Shown: piece after piece, positions 1-7,903 of the stretch
Position numbering within the stretch: the first letter of the stretch is position 1
How the letters are laid out: each line of letters begins with the position of its first letter
Virus record (IMG/VR): IMGVR_UViG_3300033487_000032
Location: 1 to 30,645 of that record
Origin: a virus
Taxonomy: Duplodnaviria > Caudoviricetes
DNA length: 30,645 nucleotides
Reading direction: 5' to 3' (one strand)
Position numbers and translations under genes: made by a program
Notes under the pieces: model-generated
What the model saw: only the letters and a program-made list of their open reading frames with translations
Database searches by the model: none
Told to the model about the DNA's origin: nothing

Positions 1-1410
1 CATCACAGCCGGACGGTTCGCCGCAACTACTTCTGTTGCTACATGAGCAACATGAATCCGTTCAAGATTCTGAAGAATAACCTCTGTTGCGAGGTGAGAC
101 AGAAGCGAACGTGGCTGATTTTGTGCAATAACTTCAGTTGTGATCTGTGCTACTTCTGCGTTTGTCGGTCCCCAAAAAGCCTCTATGACTACTTCTGTTG
201 CTACCTGTGCGACTTGTCCAGAAGTTGTAACCTCAACTAAAACTTCAAATGCTGACTGTGCAACCCATATATCTGGTTCGCCAGCTACTAAAACCTCAAA
301 AGCAGACTGTGCTACCCACTCATCTGGTTCACCTGCCACCAACACTTCAAACGCAGATTGAGCCACCGACTGTGCGGGAACGTCGGTGATCATTACTTCA
401 TAGGCAATCTGTGCAACCTGAGCTACCTGTGAAGTTGGCTGCAACATTACTTCATGTGCAACCTGTGCGACCTGTGCCTTCTGATCGGTCGGCTGGATCA
501 TGGCCTCAGTTGCTACCTGAGCAACTTGAGCCTGAATGTAATCTGCGAGAACAATCTCCTGTCCTACTTGGGCAACTTGAACAGGTGCGGAGTCCGTCGT
601 GTAAACAATTTCTTCAGCAACCTGTGCAACCTTGACAGTATCAGTTACAACAGCATATACATTCGCTTTCGCAACCGAAACGCCGTCAGGTGGTCTAAAA
701 ACAGCATAGGCATTTGCCTTACCTACACTTACCCCATCTGGTGGACGAAGAACAGCATAAGCATTCGCCTTCGCTACATCTATACCTTGCGTGATTTCGT
801 TGAATGCTGCAACGCACACTCCCCAGTCATCTGAAGCTACTGTCCATGACGATGCTCTCGCACCTGCCGCTGTCTGGATGTAATATTGATGAGCACTGTT
901 CCATGTTGTGTAGGCATTTTCGTAAAGTGCTGTACCATTTCTTGATGTGACGGCGGTGTTGTATCCATCCGCGAGCACACCCACAACAAGGGAAATCGCA
1001 GTTGTTGTTACGCTAATAGACGGATTGGAGCTGGAGGCACTCCCGCCAGACGCAATGTGAAGTGCTGCACAATATCCAGAAGCAGTATTGTAGCTTGAAA
1101 CAACCACTTCCAAAGACAGCGCATTCGGATTAGGCACACTGACGGTGTAGGAAGATCCTGTGGGCGGGGCCAGCATGTACCATATTTCGGCACATGCTTC
1201 TGGACTGGAGGAGTAATTGCGAACCTGGTCTGCCTGAGTCAGCGCAACACTGTTGTAAGTCGGAGCACCGCCGCCGCGTCCGCTGGAGTTGTAAGCATAG
1301 GCAAGAGTAACAACAAGGAGCTTGGCACTCGCGCCACAAGTATAACTTGTGGTGACAGGGTTGCTTGTACTAGGTGCAACCCGTGCACTGGTGTCGAGTG
1401 TGAATGCCAT
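1..1410 (-). CDS. Virion fibre/scaffold protein (3' end outside window): N-terminal beta-sandwich-like domain of ~205 aa followed by >=15 short beta-strand repeats
   Basis: Translated by hand; absent from the ORF track because no stop falls inside the window. ATG at 1410 lies 4 nt after the stop of 1415..2389. The frame is open for 470 codons: MAFTLDTSARVAPSTSNPVTTSYTCGASAKLLVVTL...VAKANAYAVLRPPDG...VAQSAFEVLVAGEPD...VAHVATEVVAANRPAVM. Confidence 0.9.
   Translation of the reverse strand, partial: MAFTLDTSARVAPSTSNPVTTSYTCGASAKLLVVTLAYAYNSSGRGGGAPTYNSVALTQADQVRNYSSSPEACAEIWYMLAPPTGSSYTVSVPNPNALSLEVVVSSYNTASGYCAALHIASGGSASSSNPSISVTTTAISLVVGVLADGYNTAVTSRNGTALYENAYTTWNSAHQYYIQTAAGARASSWTVASDDWGVCVAAFNEITQGIDVAKANAYAVLRPPDGVSVGKANAYAVFRPPDGVSVAKANVYAVVTDTVKVAQVAEEIVYTTDSAPVQVAQVGQEIVLADYIQAQVAQVATEAMIQPTDQKAQVAQVAHEVMLQPTSQVAQVAQIAYEVMITDVPAQSVAQSAFEVLVAGEPDEWVAQSAFEVLVAGEPDIWVAQSAFEVLVEVTTSGQVAQVATEVVIEAFWGPTNAEVAQITTEVIAQNQPRSLLSHLATEVILQNLERIHVAHVATEVVAANRPAVM
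25..780 (-). repeat. Protein-level tandem repeats of ~15-20 aa: 3x V(A/G)KAN(A/V)YAV, then 12x VAQxxxE(V/I/A)-like
   Basis: Read directly from the translation, e.g. VAQVAEEIV, VAQVGQEIV, VAQVATEAM, VAQVAHEVM, VAQIAYEVM, VAQSAFEVL x3, VAQVATEVV, VAQITTEVI, LSHLATEVI, VAHVATEVV. Confidence 0.92.
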
Positions 1411-1414
1411 CTAA

Positions 1415-2389
1415 TTAAGTCTTGGCTCTCATGTTTAACTGTAGCGCATCCAGCTCTGCTGGAGTCCAGGGACTGGATGTGAGAGGATTTACTGTCATAA
1501 GGCGAAGATATGAATCCCAAGCAACCGACAAATTCTGTTTTGAGCCATAATCGTAGCTGCTATTGCTTTTGATCCCCAAAGCAAGCCCATTCGTTGTTCC
1601 GTCCGCTGTCTTTACTGCTCTGGCAGACAACTGAACTGCTTTGACGGTGTAACTACCAGATGGGGTCGGGTACAGGTTGATCTGCGCGTCCGCATCGCTA
1701 GTGTTAGATGCCATCACAGTGTTTTCACTCAGTGTGTTTTCAGCAATATCTGCGTAACCACCACTCCAGTTTGTTTTCGAATCACCATCTGCATTCGGGT
1801 ACAGCGTCACAAGACCGAAGGATCGTGTGTCTTCATCAGCAACGATCAGTTCTGATATATAGCAGTTTGAATTTGGCGTCTGTCCAAGTATGATGCAGTC
1901 AAGATGTGTGACGCCAGAGGAGGATATGTCTCCGTCATACGACAGAATCAATGATCCGTCTATGTATAAGTAAAGATGACCTGTCGCGCCATAGTCCACA
2001 ACATTCAGATCCATTTTGCGCTGATCAGTCAGCCGTATCACATTATCTTTGACCAGTTCTGTCCAAGTCGTGCCGTCATATTTCCAGAGGGAAGGCATGG
2101 CACCCGTTCCGCTTGAAGCACTTCTAAGCCATATTCCCCTGCCGTTGTTGTCGGAATCACCAAGACCTAGCATGCTAGTTGATGTACCTTGACAGCCACC
2201 CTGCTGTCGCCACGAAAACCAGCATGACGTGACGCCACCACCAGGGAACAAAGTTGATCTGCCATAGCCAGGACCACTGTATAAGTTGATGGCTAGTCTG
2301 GAAAATCCTGTGCGAATTCCACCAGTAGTCATTACTGGCCGGCCAATAGGAAAATCCAAATCTTCCCCACCACACCACAGAATGCTCAC
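1415..2389 (-). CDS. Putative tail receptor-binding/lectin-like protein, most divergent array member (paralog 7)
   Basis: 324 aa with a GTG start and GGAGGTG SD inside the end of the upstream gene. Same two-domain layout as its neighbours (LYIDG...YISELIVADED; C-terminal NP..PWTPAELDALQ) but a different N-terminus, MSILWCGGED. Confidence 0.65.
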   Translation of the reverse strand: MSILWCGGEDLDFPIGRPVMTTGGIRTGFSRLAINLYSGPGYGRSTLFPGGGVTSCWFSWRQQGGCQGTSTSMLGLGDSDNNGRGIWLRSASSGTGAMPSLWKYDGTTWTELVKDNVIRLTDQRKMDLNVVDYGATGHLYLYIDGSLILSYDGDISSSGVTHLDCIILGQTPNSNCYISELIVADEDTRSFGLVTLYPNADGDSKTNWSGGYADIAENTLSENTVMASNTSDADAQINLYPTPSGSYTVKAVQLSARAVKTADGTTNGLALGIKSNSSYDYGSKQNLSVAWDSYLRLMTVNPLTSSPWTPAELDALQLNMRAKT

Positions 2390-2390
2390 A

Positions 2391-3836
2391 TTACACCTCC
2401 AACTTCATGCCCATCTCGGCATCCTTCGTGTCTTGAACAGACCACGCACCGCCTCCTGGTTTTGTCTCTTGGATGAATTGCAGAAATCCCCATGAAGATG
2501 GGATGCTCTTTTCGCTAGATTCAAGGTCCGTACTGGACAGGCGCGTGACCATCTTCAACGTACGGGAGCCTGCATCAGCTTTCTGGACATAGTAATTTCC
2601 AACAACCGCCTTCACAGTTCCAGATGACTGTGAAATGTCCTGCATTGCATAGGAATCGATCTTGTCAGTCCCGATCGCTTGAACATAGTCAGTTGTCACT
2701 GGCGGGCTCTCATCCACAGTTGTGTAGTTATTGATTGGTCCATATAGACGAATTTCATCCAACTGCCACCCATTCGCCCCACCTTCTTTTGTGGTGAGAT
2801 TCAACTTGTAATACCTGTAAGCTGTCTCGTTGTTGAATGTGAAATTTCGTGTTTCGCTGTTCCCCCACGCTGATGCGCCGGATCGCGAGTCTAATGTATC
2901 CCAATCAGCATCATTGTTAGAGCCTTGCAAGTTCCATGCTGTCGGCATCCCTGGGTACGACGCATTGTTCGTGTTTGATTTCAAATCATAGTTCGTAATT
3001 ATTCGCGCATTCCCATTACCAAAATCATACTTGAGCCATTGAGGAGCTGAAGTAGAGTTGTAGTACCACGGATTTCCCTGATCTTCATCCCAGGCTCTCC
3101 AAGCATCATAGGGAGACGTAAAATTAGAGCAAGACACGACATTTGGCGAAGGTGTCGAATTGTCTTGCATGTCCGCATTTTTCTTTTCCGTCGTAGAGGA
3201 AATCCACTGTGTGTAGTACCCCGCACCCTCCGGTGCACGGTAAATAATCCGCACGTCACCGTGAAATTGCGCGGTGTCCACATACAGATCATCATAATAT
3301 GTAGTCTGCGTCCCGCTCCCTACTGTGTCAGGAAGGTGCAAGGAATCCATCGACAAAAGTGCGCCATTACGCGTGTCTCCACTCGCGTTGATCCAGCCAG
3401 AATTTGTCCCATCAACGCGAACCTCAAACACCCCTGACGAATCGTCGATCGTGACTTTGATTTCTATGTAATGCCATTCGTTCGCAGGATACAAATTGGT
3501 TGATGACCCAAGGACAGTTCCTCCTCCGTGAATTGCCTGTAATTGACCGGAGGCAAGCAAACTCAAATAGCAGTGTCGTGTGCCGCCGCTGAAAAAGCCA
3601 ATAACTGTTCGCGGATTTGATCCCGCACCACTTTGTTTATACGCAAACCCAACATAGTATGTCACAGCTGCAGGCATGGGCCAAATCGTATAGTATGTAC
3701 CAGCAGTCCCAGCCACAAGACAGCCGCCACCAAATCTTCCTGCGCTTGCATCTATCCAACATGCATTGTTGGCAGATATGTTCTTGTTTGGAAGTGCGGT
3801 GTAATGGTCAAAGCTATCAACAAATAGAAAAGCCAT
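2391..3836 (-). CDS. Putative tail receptor-binding protein (paralog 6): LamG/ConA-like domain with an inserted discoidin (F5/8 type C)-like domain
   Basis: 481 aa. MAFLFVDSFDHY start, WHYIEIKV...VRVDG...YYDDLYVD, insert PQWLKYDFG...PTAWNLQGSN...YRYYKL...DEIRLY, and the conserved TKPGGGAW...AEMG C-terminus. Confidence 0.75.
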   Translation of the reverse strand: MAFLFVDSFDHYTALPNKNISANNACWIDASAGRFGGGCLVAGTAGTYYTIWPMPAAVTYYVGFAYKQSGAGSNPRTVIGFFSGGTRHCYLSLLASGQLQAIHGGGTVLGSSTNLYPANEWHYIEIKVTIDDSSGVFEVRVDGTNSGWINASGDTRNGALLSMDSLHLPDTVGSGTQTTYYDDLYVDTAQFHGDVRIIYRAPEGAGYYTQWISSTTEKKNADMQDNSTPSPNVVSCSNFTSPYDAWRAWDEDQGNPWYYNSTSAPQWLKYDFGNGNARIITNYDLKSNTNNASYPGMPTAWNLQGSNNDADWDTLDSRSGASAWGNSETRNFTFNNETAYRYYKLNLTTKEGGANGWQLDEIRLYGPINNYTTVDESPPVTTDYVQAIGTDKIDSYAMQDISQSSGTVKAVVGNYYVQKADAGSRTLKMVTRLSSTDLESSEKSIPSSWGFLQFIQETKPGGGAWSVQDTKDAEMGMKLEV

Positions 3837-3844
3837 CTATCACC

Positions 3845-4828
3845 TCATGCAACCATTTTCACACCAAACTCGGCGCTGTTCACGTCTGAGATAGTCCACG
3901 CACCGCCGCCAGGTTTTGTTGTTTTGATGTCACACATATATCCCCAACTGGATGGTAACACAAGAGTGCTGCCGACATCGTCCGTGCTCGAAAGTCTTGT
4001 AGCCAGAGCTATTGACCTGTTACCTGCATCTGACTTTTGACAGTAGAAATTCCCCTGCACAGCCACAACAGTGCCTGCAGTCGGAGTCACGTCTCCTGTG
4101 GCATACGTGTCGATCTGTCCAACTGTTCCAGAGCTAATATACTCAGATGTACTTGGTGGTTTTTCCTCTACACAATCCCAGTTGCTTCCTGCTGACGGTG
4201 TCCACTGCGCATAGTTGCCTGCACCTGTTGGCGAGATGGCTTGGATGCGACAGTCGCCATAGAACTGATCGTCGGCAATCCAGAAGTCATCATAATAGCG
4301 ATTGTTCCACCAATCACAAAGACCATATCCAATCCAGTAGTTGTTTGCGTATGCGTTGCCGCTCGCGCTCGTGTTCAGGTTGGCTGAAGTGTTGATATAC
4401 TCCACACCATCGACCTTCACGATGATCTGTCCTACGCTCGTGCTGAAAACAACCTTCACTTCATAGTAATGATAAACATCAAGGTTTTGAACTGGATTAT
4501 CCGAGGTGACCAACACATTGTAGATGTTTTGGCGATATGCCCTGATCTTGTTGCCAGGCTCTATTTCGATGTGTACTTGATTTGTTCCAGCATCACCAAA
4601 GCCACAGATGCTTACCGGACCCGCCTGTCCCGCCGCGAATATTGCTGCAACGCCCAAGTACAGCGTGCCTTTATTGCTGCACGTTCGCGCGATGTTAGTG
4701 GATGAGTGCTGTATCCTAATGCCGTTTGTCCCATTTCTGCCATAAGCACCAATATCTCCACCACTAGCAACCCACTTATGCCCAGGTGTCGTATAATGAT
4801 CAAATGAATCCATGAACAAAACGCCCAT
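3845..4828 (-). CDS. Putative tail receptor-binding/lectin-like protein (paralog 5)
   Basis: 327 aa. MGVLFMDSFDHY, YHYYEVKV...VKVDG...YYDDFW, and a C-domain GDCR...WTPSAGSNW..VEEKPP...TKPGGGAWT...AEFG. Confidence 0.72.
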   Translation of the reverse strand: MGVLFMDSFDHYTTPGHKWVASGGDIGAYGRNGTNGIRIQHSSTNIARTCSNKGTLYLGVAAIFAAGQAGPVSICGFGDAGTNQVHIEIEPGNKIRAYRQNIYNVLVTSDNPVQNLDVYHYYEVKVVFSTSVGQIIVKVDGVEYINTSANLNTSASGNAYANNYWIGYGLCDWWNNRYYDDFWIADDQFYGDCRIQAISPTGAGNYAQWTPSAGSNWDCVEEKPPSTSEYISSGTVGQIDTYATGDVTPTAGTVVAVQGNFYCQKSDAGNRSIALATRLSSTDDVGSTLVLPSSWGYMCDIKTTKPGGGAWTISDVNSAEFGVKMVA

Positions 4829-4836
4829 CTCTCACC

Positions 4837-5814
4837 TCACGCAATCATCTTCTGGCCCATCTCAGCGTCATTAACGTCTGCGACTGCCCACGCACCACCA
4901 CCTGGTTTTGTCTCTTTGATGTCCTGAATGAATGCCCAGTCACTTGGAAGAGCGATGCCAGAACCTGCGTCATCTGTACTAGACAAACGTGTGGCAAGCG
5001 CGATCGTGCGAGAGCCACCATCCAGTTTTTTGCAATAGAAATTTCCTGCTACTGCGTACACTGTACCAGCACCCACACTCAAATTCTCCACGACATATGT
5101 GTCGATCTTCCCTGCTGTTCCTGCGCTAACATAATCGGCTGTGTCGGGTGGTTTTTCATCTACACAGGCGTAATTGCTTCCTGCGCTTGGAGTCCACTGA
5201 GAATAATTACCGACGCCAGTTGGGACGAGGCAATGCACGCGACAATCACCATGCTGTGTCGCATCATCCACATACAAATCTGTCAGATACACTACGGCAC
5301 TTTGTGCCCACTGAAGTGGATAGAGCGTAGCTGCGTATGCGTTCGCAGTTTGGTTGGTGTCTTGGCTTGTCAGGTTCAAGAACTCAACACCGTCCACTTT
5401 CACTATGACCACACCAGCCGAGTTGTCGATAACGTACTTCACGTCGAAGTAATGCCAAGCATTCGGTGTTGCTGTCAGAGTAGATGTACCGAGAGATGTT
5501 CCACTGTAACCTCCACGTTTTGCGGTTACAGTACCATCAGCATTCCACAGAATAGACATCTGGATCGTCGAGCCGTCTTCTACACAGAAGAAGTGCGCGT
5601 ACCCACTGCCAGTGTTCTTGATTGCAGCTCCGATGCACCACGTCTGCATCTGCTTTATTGGACGGTAACAGTAGTTGTTGTCAGAATTGAGCCGTAACGC
5701 ACCCGTGTTTGACCACCTACCATCTGTTGAACCGATAGTACACCCGTAAGTGTAGTACCCTTTCTTCGTCAGGTCTGTGTAGTGGCTGAACGAGTCTATA
5801 AAACAGACTGCCAT
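4837..5814 (-). CDS. Putative tail receptor-binding/lectin-like protein (paralog 4)
   Basis: 325 aa. MAVCFIDSFSHY, WHYFDVKY...VKVDG; the C-domain is very similar to that of 3845..4828. Confidence 0.72.
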   Translation of the reverse strand: MAVCFIDSFSHYTDLTKKGYYTYGCTIGSTDGRWSNTGALRLNSDNNYCYRPIKQMQTWCIGAAIKNTGSGYAHFFCVEDGSTIQMSILWNADGTVTAKRGGYSGTSLGTSTLTATPNAWHYFDVKYVIDNSAGVVIVKVDGVEFLNLTSQDTNQTANAYAATLYPLQWAQSAVVYLTDLYVDDATQHGDCRVHCLVPTGVGNYSQWTPSAGSNYACVDEKPPDTADYVSAGTAGKIDTYVVENLSVGAGTVYAVAGNFYCKKLDGGSRTIALATRLSSTDDAGSGIALPSDWAFIQDIKETKPGGGAWAVADVNDAEMGQKMIA

Positions 5815-5822
5815 CTCTCCTC

Positions 5823-6827
5823 CTACGTGGTCAGCTTCACGCCAAACTGTGCGTTGTTAATGTCGTCGATGGTGAACGCAGCAGACGTCCGCTCATTTTC
5901 ATACATCATGCTCTGACGCATCTTATACGCCGCATCCAGAGTAATCTCGTTTCCGAGAGTTGTCGTGCCTGTTTCAAGACACGCGCCACTTATTCCTCTT
6001 GCAGCCGTCCCCACTTTCTGCGCAAACATATTGACGACCACAGCAAACACGCTACCAGTTAGCGGAGATACGTTCTCCGTAACGTATGTATCAACATCAT
6101 TAAGGGTAGCACTCTCAATGTAATCACCTGTGTTTGGTGGTTTCTCATTCACACATTCAAAGTTCGAGCCAGAAGAAGGCGTCCAGTCTGTGTTAGACCC
6201 CACACCAGTAGGTGATATGCACTGAATAATTACATCACCCAAAAAATTATTGCAATAACTGTCGGCCGTGTCCATAACGACCACATCATCGCGATAGGTA
6301 TAACTGCTTGCGCCTGTACCCATCCCGCCAAGAACAACATCGGTGCAATAATCGTTTGAGGTGTTTTGTGTATCCTTGCCTGTATCTGCTATCTTCGATA
6401 CAGTATCCACCTTCACGTCCACCGTACCAGTGCCACTGGCGATGAGAATTTTTATCTCAACGTAGTACCAAATGGAGGCAGACATTCCATGTGCGGCAGA
6501 CGAAATCTCTGTGGCACCACAATACACCTTGATGTTCGCGCCCTCTTGCTTTACAACAACCTGAACGTCATCATCGTCATCATCATAAAGCGTAAGCAGG
6601 ATGTGCGTGTCGGTCACGTTTTCAAAATAAACTGCCTGACCAACAATAACTGTGGATTTGCCGGCAGGTGGCTTGAAACCAACACCGGCATCACCAGTGT
6701 TGATCTTCAGGCCATTTGTTCCCAGCCGGCCATAACTACCACCAATGGAACAACTTCCATAAGTGGTTAGCCACTTTTGGCTGATCGTGGTGTAGTGGTC
6801 GAATGAATCACTAAGCAATAGAGCCAT
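5823..6827 (-). CDS. Putative tail receptor-binding/lectin-like protein (paralog 3)
   Basis: 334 aa. MALLLSDSFDHY, WYYVEIKI...VKVD...YRDDVVVMD, C-domain WTPSSGSNFECVNEKPP...AQFGVKL. Confidence 0.72.
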   Translation of the reverse strand: MALLLSDSFDHYTTISQKWLTTYGSCSIGGSYGRLGTNGLKINTGDAGVGFKPPAGKSTVIVGQAVYFENVTDTHILLTLYDDDDDDVQVVVKQEGANIKVYCGATEISSAAHGMSASIWYYVEIKILIASGTGTVDVKVDTVSKIADTGKDTQNTSNDYCTDVVLGGMGTGASSYTYRDDVVVMDTADSYCNNFLGDVIIQCISPTGVGSNTDWTPSSGSNFECVNEKPPNTGDYIESATLNDVDTYVTENVSPLTGSVFAVVVNMFAQKVGTAARGISGACLETGTTTLGNEITLDAAYKMRQSMMYENERTSAAFTIDDINNAQFGVKLTT

Positions 6828-6835
6828 AACTCACC

Positions 6836-7903
6836 TCAAGAGTAAATCTCTTGGCCGAACTCACAAGCTGCAATGTTTTCCCACGTCCATTCATTTCCAT
6901 CTGGATCGAGGTCAACTCTGAACCACTCCATACCACGTGGATATGTGTAGTAATCTGTCAACGGCCACCAGCCATACACATGGAAAGGATCGGTGTAAAC
7001 TTCTGTTGTCCCTAACTTCATGATCCCACGCATTTCGCGTGGTCCAATGTTTGTTTTCCGTGCCTCCCATGTAAACATGATGCTGATGGGTGTGCCGGAA
7101 TGTTCAGTGACGTCAAAGGTATATGTATCTTGATTTCCTACGTCGTCAGCTTCAGGCGAGAAGATGTAGGTTGTGTCACTGTCGTGTGGTTCTTCATCTA
7201 TAAGTGCGTAATTGTCTGAACCGGCGGAACGATCCCAATCTTTATGAGAGCCATCAGCACCTGGCATGTATGTGTTTACTGCGCAATCTCCAGTGGACAC
7301 GTCTGGTGTTTGTAAATCACAAACGTAAAAATCATCGAAATAAATCCTAGAAATATCGGTGCGTATCCACTCTGTTCTTCCGCCAATCGCTATATTGCTG
7401 AGCGTTCGTTCTTCATGCATCGCCTCCGAACCCATCACGTCCACAGCTCTCGGAGGAAGATAATACCCATCTACCCATACTGTTATGTAGTCACCAAATA
7501 CATGAAGTTCAATATGGTTATACCCACTAGCTCTAACCGTAGCTCCGAGGTATGTGCGAGGGATAAGGTAGTGATCTTGACAACCAGTAGACCACACCAA
7601 CTGTCCGTTCCGCACACATAAGCCACTCGTAAACTCTACTTGCCCCCATTCATTGGTTGTGTAAAAACCAAATATACAGAAATGACTTATCACTCCTGTA
7701 GGTTTAACCGCGACACCTAAACCAAACCCGCTACTGCTTGGTGGCACATAGGCCACAAGAATCATCGCTCCCCAAGTATCCGCGTAAGAACACGAACCTC
7801 CATCCCTTCCATTATCTGTATGAAACTGAGGTGCGTACCAACCCCAGGGAGACCAGTTCGGATTAGGTTGCTGTTCAAACCCATCCCAGAACAACATCGT
7901 CAT
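6836..7903 (-). CDS. Putative tail receptor-binding/lectin-like protein (paralog 2)
   Basis: 355 aa with an ATGA overlap with the upstream gene. MTMLFWDGFE, YNHIEL...VWVDG...YFDDFYVCD, GSDNYALIDE...WTW...CEFG. Confidence 0.7.
   Translation of the reverse strand: MTMLFWDGFEQQPNPNWSPWGWYAPQFHTDNGRDGGSCSYADTWGAMILVAYVPPSSSGFGLGVAVKPTGVISHFCIFGFYTTNEWGQVEFTSGLCVRNGQLVWSTGCQDHYLIPRTYLGATVRASGYNHIELHVFGDYITVWVDGYYLPPRAVDVMGSEAMHEERTLSNIAIGGRTEWIRTDISRIYFDDFYVCDLQTPDVSTGDCAVNTYMPGADGSHKDWDRSAGSDNYALIDEEPHDSDTTYIFSPEADDVGNQDTYTFDVTEHSGTPISIMFTWEARKTNIGPREMRGIMKLGTTEVYTDPFHVYGWWPLTDYYTYPRGMEWFRVDLDPDGNEWTWENIAACEFGQEIYS

Noticed and set aside
25-780. CRISPR-like array suggested by the ~50-nt periodic repeats
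   Set aside because: The repeats vary at synonymous positions and lie in one open frame; they are protein repeats.
43-1520. Short ORFs in the supplied track, including the Cys-rich plus-strand ones
   Set aside because: They are antisense or off-frame shadows of the 1410..<1 ORF and the end of 1415..2389. The Cys periodicity mirrors GCA/ACA codons on the minus strand.
6568-6588. Asp6 tract as a phase-variable microsatellite
   Set aside because: It is an in-frame, short trinucleotide run with mixed GAT/GAC codons, so slippage would not switch expression.
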